A stretch of 54,950 nt of DNA, taken from a virus. Taxonomy: Duplodnaviria > Caudoviricetes. The notes under the pieces were generated by a model. It worked only from the letters and a program-made list of their open reading frames with translations. It was not told the DNA's origin and made no database searches. Position 1 is the stretch's first letter; each line of letters opens with the position of its first letter. This document shows positions 46,713 through 54,950 of this stretch, piece by piece. The position numbers and the translations under genes were made by a program. The stretch is from positions 1 through 54,950 of the IMG/VR virus record IMGVR_UViG_3300043424_000638; one strand, given 5' to 3'.

Positions 46713-47378
46713 ATGAAAAGATATTTGCAACCACTCAGGATTAATCATCCAGAAGACAATGTTTTCTTTTGGGGGTGTTTGCATTTGAATCACGGCCCTA
46801 AATGGCAAGTCCCTCTTTGGAAAATGAGAGGTTTTAATTCTGTTCAAGAACACAATGAAGCCATTGAAATCGCTTGGAGAAAGTCTTTAAATGAAGAGTC
46901 TATCATTTTTCTTTTAGGAGATACCTGTTTCGGGTATCAAGCCGAGGAGTATATGGATTCTTTCTTTCATCGAGTACCTTTTAAAGAGGTATATTGGTTA
47001 CCTGGAAACCATACAGCGGGTTGGAAACAATTTTTATGTAAATCTGATTCCGAAGGAGTAATAGATAGAGGGTATCAGAAAATTTATTTGACCCCTAATT
47101 ACTTGGAAATGTTTATCAATGGTCATTCAGTGGTGGCTTCTCATTATCCTATTGCTTCTTGGAACGGTCAAGGCAAAGGCTCTTATATGGTACATGCTCA
47201 CGTTCATGGGACTTTGGATAAATCCGAATTGGGGAAAGTTTTATATCGTTCTAGAATTAAAGAAGTGTCTGTAGAAAAATGTTCAGAACCTATTTCTTTT
47301 AATAATATTAAAAAAAGTTTTGATCAAAGTATTATCACTTATGACCATCATGGAGTGGGTACTTTAAATCCCTTTTAG
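46713..47378 (+). CDS. Calcineurin-like metallophosphoesterase (variant first motif GCLH)
   Basis: GCLH..H, LGD, PGNH, SHYP, HAHVH. Confidence 0.85.
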   Translation: MKRYLQPLRINHPEDNVFFWGCLHLNHGPKWQVPLWKMRGFNSVQEHNEAIEIAWRKSLNEESIIFLLGDTCFGYQAEEYMDSFFHRVPFKEVYWLPGNHTAGWKQFLCKSDSEGVIDRGYQKIYLTPNYLEMFINGHSVVASHYPIASWNGQGKGSYMVHAHVHGTLDKSELGKVLYRSRIKEVSVEKCSEPISFNNIKKSFDQSIITYDHHGVGTLNPF

Positions 47379-48466
47379 AGTTCTGAGTCAAACGCGAACC
47401 ACGCATTTATTCCTGTAGCATTTTGTGATGTTTGCAAACCGGTGCTAATCCCTGGTGAACCTATAGCTGCATTTGCTGTGACTAATAATACATTTTTTGT
47501 TGTTGGTCTATAAATACTAAAATTTGTTAATACAATTGATGGGTTATATCTAATTTTAAAATGATTTAAATTGCTATATGAAAAAAGTGGGGGTGTTCTC
47601 ATTTCAACTGGGAAAAAATACATACCTTCCCATTGAGTTGTACCATACATATACCCATTAACGCAAAGATATGGGTATATGTCCGGATTAATCCACGATT
47701 CTCTATTATAATACCTATGACACAAAGCTAATTCTGTTCCAATAGGTCTATGTTCAAAAGGAGTAGCAGCAACTCCTCTTTCTAATTGAACTCCTGTAAT
47801 ATTAAAAGTATTACCAACTACGTCTAAAAGGTTTACCTGGTTAGGAGAGGTTTCTATATTTCCAGTAACCCAAGTATTTAAAGGAGTACTGGTTCCCGCT
47901 CCAGCCATACCAAAAATAACTTCTAATCCTCTTCCATTAGTCCAATTCCAGGTCCCTGCAGTAATTAGTCCTCCTGGAACTACAATAGTTTTCTTTTCCC
48001 AGTTATTAGTGTTTATAGTATATTCTGTTACGTAAGATCTGTCGGAGACCATACCATTACCTGCATTACCTAAACAAACGCTATAGGTTCCTGTTTTACT
48101 AGACTTGACCCAAAAAGAAATATTAAAAGTCTGCCCTATTAAATCTCTAGCATTATAACCTTCAATAATTTGCCTAAAAGTTAAAGGCTGGTTATTAGCA
48201 TTAGAGACTGTAGTGACTTGAAATTGTAAACTGGTTTGAAATTCACTATTACTAGGAACATCTGAGGATTGGGTTATGTTTCCTCTTCCTGGTCTCAAAG
48301 TATCTGTATACATAGCCCAACGATCTGCAGTATACACCGAACTAGCAGAAACAGTAAAAGTGGTACCTCTTTGCCAAATATCCATATCCCCATTGATAAG
48401 TTTATTTATAAAAGCAAAATAGCCTCCATCAAAGGCAATCATGTTATTGGATACAGTAGTGGACAT
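47375..48466 (-). CDS. Virion structural protein, paralog family of 13284..14432
   Basis: NKLINGDMDIWQRGT...GVQLERG..ATPFE...ELALCHRYY; TAAATA upstream. Confidence 0.75.
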   Translation of the reverse strand: MSTTVSNNMIAFDGGYFAFINKLINGDMDIWQRGTTFTVSASSVYTADRWAMYTDTLRPGRGNITQSSDVPSNSEFQTSLQFQVTTVSNANNQPLTFRQIIEGYNARDLIGQTFNISFWVKSSKTGTYSVCLGNAGNGMVSDRSYVTEYTINTNNWEKKTIVVPGGLITAGTWNWTNGRGLEVIFGMAGAGTSTPLNTWVTGNIETSPNQVNLLDVVGNTFNITGVQLERGVAATPFEHRPIGTELALCHRYYNRESWINPDIYPYLCVNGYMYGTTQWEGMYFFPVEMRTPPLFSYSNLNHFKIRYNPSIVLTNFSIYRPTTKNVLLVTANAAIGSPGISTGLQTSQNATGINAWFAFDSEL

Positions 48467-48515
48467 ATAAGATATTTAACTTGATTTTTGGTTATAAATC
48501 TTTATTATTAAGAAT

Positions 48516-49202
48516 ATGAATAAGGATTTACCTGTAATTTTTCTGGGAGACCACCACGGAGCTTGGAATGAATTATTTTATTTGATTGATAAAAATAAAA
48601 TAGAAAATTGTAATATCGTTTCTGTTGGGGATTTGGGGATAGGATTTATTCATAAAGAAAAACAAAAAAGACAAACAGATTTACTCAATAATCAATTTAA
48701 AAATTTAAACATTAATTTTTTAGGTATTAGAGGTAATCATGATGATCCTTCTTATTTTGAAGAGGAAAATAGAATTCAATTGTCTAACTTCCAATTGATA
48801 GAAGATTATACTGTAATAGAATATAAAGACAAAATTATTCAATTTATTGGTGGAGCTATTTCTATTGATAGAACGGGTAGAACCGAAGGAATATCTTATT
48901 GGCCTAAAGAAAGGTTAAAATATGATAAAGATAAACTTCAAAAAGCAGACATTCTAGTTACTCACACTGCTCCTTCTTGGTGTTTTCCGCAACAATTTAA
49001 TGAAATGGTTTATGGTTGGGCTAGAGAAGATGCTTATCTGTTAGAGGATTTAACGGATGAAAGAGCAATCATGGATGAGATTTTTAAAGTGTGTAAACCT
49101 TCTTTGCATCTTTATGGTCACTTTCATTCTTCAGTTACAGAAAGAATCAATGGGTGTGTCCATAAATTGTTAGGCATAAATGAACTTTGGGAGATGACTT
49201 AA
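48516..49202 (+). CDS. Calcineurin-like metallophosphoesterase
   Basis: GDHHG, GDLG, GNHD, THTAP, GHFH. Confidence 0.9.
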   Translation: MNKDLPVIFLGDHHGAWNELFYLIDKNKIENCNIVSVGDLGIGFIHKEKQKRQTDLLNNQFKNLNINFLGIRGNHDDPSYFEEENRIQLSNFQLIEDYTVIEYKDKIIQFIGGAISIDRTGRTEGISYWPKERLKYDKDKLQKADILVTHTAPSWCFPQQFNEMVYGWAREDAYLLEDLTDERAIMDEIFKVCKPSLHLYGHFHSSVTERINGCVHKLLGINELWEMT

Positions 49203-49253
49203 TAAAATTTTTGTTCTGGCTTTTTAAAAATTATTCGAGATAATTTTTCTTTG

Positions 49254-50330
49254 ATGAAAGTATCATTAGAAAATCAAGTAGGATTCAAATCTTATCCTCA
49301 TAAGTTTTGTGGATTAGATTCTCATTTGATTATTCCAGAAATAGATGCCGAGTGGAATCAAGACAACCTACACCTTCGTTCTTTGATTGTGGATTTAGAA
49401 GGAAAGGTTTTAAGTTCCGGTTGGCCTAAATTCTTTAACTATCTCGAGAAACCCAATTGTTATCCTGATCCTTTAAATTATTCGGATTGGAGAATCAAAC
49501 AAAAATTAGACGGTTCTTTAGTCATTTGCGACTTTGTTAATGAGGAATTTAATATGAGAACTAGAGGTACTGCTTCTCATATGTTTCAAGCTAATTGGAA
49601 AGACTTTGAATTGCTTCCGAAAAAATATCCTAAAGTCGTAGAATTTTTAAAGAACAATAATTTTAGTTTATTGTTTGAAATTGTTACTCCTAATAATGTT
49701 ATTGTAATTCGACCGAAGGAAATAGAATTTTATTTTCTAGGAGTCATAAACAAAGACACATTAAAAGTTTTATCTGAAGAAGAGTCTTTAGAGGTTTGGA
49801 GAAAAATTGGACAACCTCCTACTCCTACTCAATACCAATTTGATAGTATTAAGGATTTAGTAAAACTATCCGAACATATTAAAAATTGGAAAGGAGAGGA
49901 AGGTATTGTTGTTTCTTATAACAATGGTCAAAATAGAATTAAAATGAAATCCGATTGGTATTGTTGGGTTCATGCTATTAAGTCTCAATTGAATTCAGAA
50001 AATAATTTGATAGAATACTATGTAAATTCTCATATGCCTTCTTCTGATGAATTCTTCAAAAAGATAGAGACAGAATTTGATTTTGAAATTGCTACTCAAT
50101 TAAAAGAACAAATAGAAAAAATTTCTGAGACAGGAGAAAAAGTAAAACATTCTATTCAGGTCATGAAAGATTTTATTAACGACATTAGACGTTTTGAAAC
50201 TCGTAAACAAAAAGCAGAATGTATTCTGAGATCTTTTAATGATCGTGCTTCTTTTGTTTTTTCTTTACTTGACGGAAAAGAATTAACTTCTGTACAATTA
50301 ATCAAACTCATGCAACTCCATAATACCTAA
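49254..50330 (+). CDS. RNA ligase, T4 Rnl1-like
   Basis: RSL, WPKFFN, KLDGSL, LFE, EEGIVV, KMKSDWY. Confidence 0.88.
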   Translation: MKVSLENQVGFKSYPHKFCGLDSHLIIPEIDAEWNQDNLHLRSLIVDLEGKVLSSGWPKFFNYLEKPNCYPDPLNYSDWRIKQKLDGSLVICDFVNEEFNMRTRGTASHMFQANWKDFELLPKKYPKVVEFLKNNNFSLLFEIVTPNNVIVIRPKEIEFYFLGVINKDTLKVLSEEESLEVWRKIGQPPTPTQYQFDSIKDLVKLSEHIKNWKGEEGIVVSYNNGQNRIKMKSDWYCWVHAIKSQLNSENNLIEYYVNSHMPSSDEFFKKIETEFDFEIATQLKEQIEKISETGEKVKHSIQVMKDFINDIRRFETRKQKAECILRSFNDRASFVFSLLDGKELTSVQLIKLMQLHNT

Positions 50331-50337
50331 AATAAAA

Positions 50338-51066
50338 ATGAAAAATAAACCCCGCAAAAAAGTATCAATTGAATTTGATGAGGAGCATTTGGGTACTCTT
50401 GTGTCTGCTCTTGAGGTTTATAGTCGTCTCCGTTCAGGCCAAATTTCTATTGCAATGGATGTTGCTTTTTGGGACGCCAATCTTTCTTGGGACGAAAGAC
50501 AATATATTGAAAACATGATAAGATATACAGTCTTCCCTGCTCTACCAAAAAGAGAATATGATGGCCATGGTGGTTTCTATGATCAATACAATAACGAGTA
50601 TGATGAAGGAGGTTGTATTAAAGAGGAAGGAGACGATTGGAAGCAGAAGAAAAACAGACATCATCTTGATTATCCTAATTCTTACTTTGGAGTTGCATGT
50701 GAAGAAATAAAAGACGGATCTGTAGCCTGGGAGATTAAAAAAGTTATTGAACAATATCAACACTATCAACAAAACAACGGCTTTAGGAAAATTTGCAATG
50801 TGTCTGGAGATGGTCCAATGCAAATAAGCAAAGTACCCGTGCCTAAAGTTTTAAACTTTAATCCATCTAAAACGTTTGTTGTTCCTAAAAAAGCATATAA
50901 TATTCTTAATAAAGCTTATGAGAAAAAAGATTGGGAGACCATGTGGGCAACAGTGAATTTAATATTCAAAGACAAACCACTACCTAGAGGTAGTTCATCA
51001 AAGATAGAAAAACTAGAAGACGGTAAATGGGTAGTAATAGTAAACGAACCTTATGCCATTGACTAA
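50338..51066 (+). CDS. Hypothetical protein
   Basis: 242-aa ORF in operon; ALEVYSRL..GQ motif. Confidence 0.65.
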   Translation: MKNKPRKKVSIEFDEEHLGTLVSALEVYSRLRSGQISIAMDVAFWDANLSWDERQYIENMIRYTVFPALPKREYDGHGGFYDQYNNEYDEGGCIKEEGDDWKQKKNRHHLDYPNSYFGVACEEIKDGSVAWEIKKVIEQYQHYQQNNGFRKICNVSGDGPMQISKVPVPKVLNFNPSKTFVVPKKAYNILNKAYEKKDWETMWATVNLIFKDKPLPRGSSSKIEKLEDGKWVVIVNEPYAID

Positions 51067-52480
51067 ATATAAATTTATAGAAACAACAGGATGCACTGCA
51101 TTTGATTTCACTGTTAATGAAAAATCATTTTCTGAATTGTCTAATCAGGAGTATGATGAAATGTTAAATTATCTTTTAGAAAAAATTAAAGAAGGTATTG
51201 GTGAACAAACTATTCTTTTAGAAGACGTAATACGTCTTTTTCAATATGATGATTATGAGTATGATCCTACTGTTTGTGAACAATGTGGAGATACAGTCTC
51301 TACTACCACTTGGAATATTTAAACAATGAATTACAAATTACCCATACAAGTCAAAACAAAACCTCCAATCGTATCACCAATCATTGAAGAAGAATTGCCT
51401 CAACGACACTATGACATCGTGAGCGTTTATACTGAAATGCAACAAACTGAACCTCCTAGTTGGATTTTAGTTTTAGAAGATTCCAGTGGAGAAAGGTTTA
51501 GATATAATTTATCATTTTCATAACATGAGAGCGAATTTTCAAAACACAAAAAGAGGAGATAAAATAATCTTCAAAAAAGCAGGAATGTGGCATTACTTTG
51601 TAGATAGAATCGAGAATGCCAAGAAGTTGGAAGAAGGAAAAGAATACACAGTAACCAACATCTCTGTTGCATCTTCCTCAACTTGCGTTACTCTAAAAGA
51701 AACTGGAAGTTTGGTCTATGAGCTCTGCTGGTTTGATGTAAAAGAAAATGAAAAATAAAAAAACACTTAATTGCAAGGACGTGAAGTTTACCAAAGAGCT
51801 TTCTATTTACAATCCTGATTGTATCAATAATACATTTAATTACATTTTAAGGAGATGTAGTACTTCTAAGCTGTTTTTTAAATTTCTTGATGATCAATTA
51901 CCAAATCAACTTCTATACAATACGGAAGAAAAGGAAGCGTATTTCTTAAATTCTGATCGACAACTATTTAAACTTAAATTTGAACCAATTAATATGAAAA
52001 ACAAAAAGAAAAATCAAACAACAGAAGAATATCTTGAGGAACTTGGACAAGCTTATTCAAAAGTAGAAGAAATTCAAAAACTTGCTATTCCTTGGAATAA
52101 GTTTTATTGCCTAAAAGATTTTAGATTTAGTAATGGTTATTGTTTATCAATGCTAAACAGGCTTTTTGTTGATCTTCTTCATATTGAAAAAAAGGAAGTA
52201 ATTAGAATTAAATGTGGTATCGGTATGATGCAAGGTCTTGAAGGTCTTTGTGGTTTTGATTCATTTAGGAATAAGATACAAATATCAAGTTGCACTATTA
52301 TTACAGAACTAGATTTCAATGTAGGAAAGCATGATTTAGTCTATAACGGAATTGTTTTGATTGGAGAAGACATTGTAGAGAAAGAAGAGATTAAAGAAGA
52401 AATTAAAGAGGTCAAACAAGAAGAACCAAAACCTAAAAAGAAATTTCTAGGGTTATTTTAAAATTTTTAGAAACATTACC

Positions 52481-53005
52481 GTGAAAATAAAATACAAACT
52501 TAAAAATTTAATAGACGATAAAACAGTAACAAAGCCTAGCGAAATTATTAAAAAAATTGATGATTTTTTGTCAGAAATAAAATATACCGTACTGTATTGT
52601 GGTCAAAAAGTTTATACATATATTCAAATGTCTTCAAAATATAAATTTGAAAAGAACGAGAATAATTTAGAGTTTCCGATTATTTTCGGTACATGGGTTA
52701 ACGGAGAGCAATCAATAGCTTTGTATCTTTCTCCAGATAAATGTAACGAAGATGAATTTATTTTAGACGAAAAAAAGTATAACCGTGAAGAAATATACGA
52801 AATGTTTAAAAATGATAAGACTCTTGATGATGAATTTAAGAGTGAAATATTAGGGAGATTGGATGCTACTTATCAAGCAATGTGGGGTTGTGTAAACCAA
52901 AAAGATACTATGGTGTTGACTAACACATATGGGGATAGATGGTTAGAAGAACATAACCGATTTGTTCATTTATATCAGAGGTACGAAGCGATGAGAACAC
53001 CATGA
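52481..53005 (+). CDS. Hypothetical protein, C-terminal domain shared with 29618..29932
   Basis: Direct protein similarity. Confidence 0.65.
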   Translation: MKIKYKLKNLIDDKTVTKPSEIIKKIDDFLSEIKYTVLYCGQKVYTYIQMSSKYKFEKNENNLEFPIIFGTWVNGEQSIALYLSPDKCNEDEFILDEKKYNREEIYEMFKNDKTLDDEFKSEILGRLDATYQAMWGCVNQKDTMVLTNTYGDRWLEEHNRFVHLYQRYEAMRTP

Positions 53006-53337
53006 GTGAATATGTTCCAGACAAATGGGTTGTTGTAAAGATTGAAGGAAAGAATGTTCCTTTAACCTATAAAGTATTTGGATGTTGGTATGGTGGCTAT
53101 ACTGGTTCCGATTCTTGGAAACTGAATAGCGGAATTAAAACAGTAACAAAAGAAGAAGATCATTGGTTGTTTGAAGGATATTCTGGTTCTGTATATAAAT
53201 GCTACAAAGGAATATATGGTATGCATATGTACGGTAATGGTGTTCTAAATGACATTATCAACAAGTCCGAAGAAGTTGGAGTAAAAGTAGAAGTTATGGC
53301 AGAAGATACGAATTGGCTTGACTTGTCCTACGAATAA
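53002..53337 (+). CDS. Conserved T4-like phage hypothetical protein
   Basis: PDKWVVVKI...WYGGY..SDSWKLNSGI...G.SGS.Y.C. Confidence 0.75.
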   Translation: MSEYVPDKWVVVKIEGKNVPLTYKVFGCWYGGYTGSDSWKLNSGIKTVTKEEDHWLFEGYSGSVYKCYKGIYGMHMYGNGVLNDIINKSEEVGVKVEVMAEDTNWLDLSYE

Positions 53338-53491
53338 TAATAGTATTGAGGAAATGAGTAGAGAACCTAAAAAACTAAAAGGTGGAAAATACTTGGCAAC
53401 TAAAGTTGCAAACCATCCAAATTTTTTGAAACTTGGTGAACGAGGTTTAAAAAAACTAGTTAAAAAAATTCAAAAAGAAAAATGAAATTTT

Positions 53492-53566
53492 CGAAGAATA
53501 GTTTAGGAGGAAAGAACAACCATGGACGCATGAGTGGCGCAAGTTCGAGTCTTGCTTCTTCGACCA
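53492..53566 (+). ncRNA. tRNA-like RNA with intact acceptor, D and T arms and CCA but no canonical anticodon loop (Pro-like C1-G72/A73)
   Basis: CGAAGAA/UUCUUCG-A-CCA; UA; GUUU-AGGAGGAAA-GAAC; CAUG-GACG-CAUG; GCAAG-UUCGAGU-CUUGC. Confidence 0.8.
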
Positions 53567-54088
53567 TTTTTAAAAAATTACAAAAGCTGGATAGACAGAT
53601 TTCACATCTTAAACATATGATGTCTCCTTTTGGAGCTTTTAATTTTGATTTCGGGAAACAGAGAAACAAGAAACTTGAGGAACAAATCAAAAAACTTGAC
53701 TTGAAGAGAAAAGAAGTTAGACTTGAAAGAAAGAAATATATTTTATGAAACAATACAACTACGAAGCAAGAAACGAAGACAAACAAAACAACTACCCAAA
53801 AGTTGCTCAACCAGAGGATTCAAACGTAAAAACAATTCCAGTCTATGAACAACTTGCAGAATTGGAATATGCAATTGAAAAACTCACCGAACTACAAAAA
53901 AATCTAATCAATAGATTGATGTGGGTTTCTATTCCATGTGATAGACCTTCTTGCCCAGAAATTTGCGGTGAAACTAAAGGAAAATCAGAACGTCCAGATT
54001 CTGAAATCGTTCAACGAATTAAGAGGTCTGTACAAAACATTAGAGAGTTGCAATTTAATCTTAGCATTCAGCTGGAAGATTTGGATGT

Positions 54089-54580
54089 ATGAGTAATCTA
54101 ATAACACACGCAAAAAAAGAACTAGGTCTTATCTATTCAGAAGAAGACCTAAAAGAAGGTTATAATAAATTAGCATATGATTGTATTCTAGAACTTATTG
54201 AAGTATTTTCAAAACAAGGACATTCTGGTTTCAGTGCTCCATATGTTGCGAATATGTTTAAAACTCTAACAAATTTTGAAACATTAACTCCTCTGACTGG
54301 AGAAGACGATGAATGGGGATTGATTAGTGATGCAATAGAACCACGATGGCAAAACATAAGAAACTTTGCAGTATTTAAAAATTCAGATGGGTCATCTTAT
54401 TACATAGAAGCTGTAGTATGGAGAGATCCAGATGGAGATTGCTATACAAACGGAAAATCCAAAATAGCTGTCAAATTTCCTCTTATACCTAAAACTTTTT
54501 ATGTTGACGTGTATGAGGATGAATCGTATAATGAAAAACAATATCAAGAAGCATTAGATTATTATGCAAAGACAACTTAA
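54089..54580 (+). CDS. Conserved phage hypothetical protein
   Basis: HA..EL, QGHSGFSA, LTPLTGEDDEW, QN.R...VFK. Confidence 0.75.
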   Translation: MSNLITHAKKELGLIYSEEDLKEGYNKLAYDCILELIEVFSKQGHSGFSAPYVANMFKTLTNFETLTPLTGEDDEWGLISDAIEPRWQNIRNFAVFKNSDGSSYYIEAVVWRDPDGDCYTNGKSKIAVKFPLIPKTFYVDVYEDESYNEKQYQEALDYYAKTT

Positions 54581-54947
54581 ATTCCGAGTTTGGGATAAAC
54601 TAGAAAAAAGATTCACGTATCCAGATAAAGGATATCAAGGACATTATATCCTTACCTTGAATGGAAAATTTTATAATCTTCAGAATGGTTCTGGTGGCGA
54701 TGAATATGTTGTTCAGCAATTCACTGGTTTTAGAGACTCCAAAGGTGTTGACATTTACGAAGGAGATATTGTAAGGGGTAAATTTTTTGATACAGAATAT
54801 AGACATCTCATAACCGTTAATTCTGAAGTTGTTTGGGCAGAAAGATATGCCAGTTTTAATATAGGAATCGAAGAATGGAGATACAGTGGCGAGCGTGTAA
54901 CAATTATTGGAAATGTATTTCAAAATAGTAAACTTTTAAAAAAATGA
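54564..54947 (+). CDS. YopX-family protein
   Basis: KFRVWDK, QQFTG..D..G.DIYEGDIV, IIGNVFQN. Confidence 0.88.
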   Translation: MQRQLKFRVWDKLEKRFTYPDKGYQGHYILTLNGKFYNLQNGSGGDEYVVQQFTGFRDSKGVDIYEGDIVRGKFFDTEYRHLITVNSEVVWAERYASFNIGIEEWRYSGERVTIIGNVFQNSKLLKK

Positions 54948-54950
54948 ATA

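Noticed and set aside
53482-53748. 88-aa ORF as given
   Set aside because: Its 5' part coincides with the tRNA-like RNA; any real gene probably starts at the ATGATG near 53617
1-54950. Genome-wide stop-codon reassignment
   Set aside because: Coding density is high under the standard code, recognisable genes are intact, TAG and TGA end plausible genes, and only one in-frame TAG was seen

Overview
AT-rich, gene-dense segment of a large tailed-phage genome (T4-like/'huge phage' character), standard genetic code. The host is not provable from sequence; the LysM and HPRT proteins look verrucomicrobial to me, which is a low-certainty recollection. The window holds accessory and host-takeover genes: bS21, Hsp20, an AAA ATPase, two RNA ligases, two metallophosphoesterases, HPRT, a SemiSWEET/PQ-loop protein, a DenV-like glycosylase, a DksA/TraR finger, a nucleotidyltransferase, tail-fibre-type proteins and three free-standing homing endonucleases. 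It also has a block of small early genes, each behind a GCGGGAC-N17-TAnnnT promoter. Three things stand out. (1) Nearly every stable RNA gene is non-canonical: a tRNA-Arg(UCU) with the D-loop apparently moved 3' of the anticodon arm, a tRNA-Leu(UAA) with a group I intron at 27/28, an initiator-like tRNA-Met with a 30-nt hairpin in the anticodon loop, tRNA-Asn(GUU) and tRNA-Ile(UAU) with long variable arms, an anticodon-less tRNA-like RNA, and a tmRNA with a 33-aa tag. (2) About 25 genes, many behind a late-promoter-like motif, share short N-terminal leaders (MKSKDQxLLEEAY / MKFDxLxxxILxE / MKSFKxFYLE) fused to unrelated cargoes including ADP-ribosyltransferase-like, GNAT, transglutaminase-like and nucleotidyltransferase domains, suggesting a capsid-loaded effector arsenal. 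(3) An unrecognised pseudoknotted RNA motif occurs in three covarying copies. All family assignments are by eye from motifs; no searches were run.
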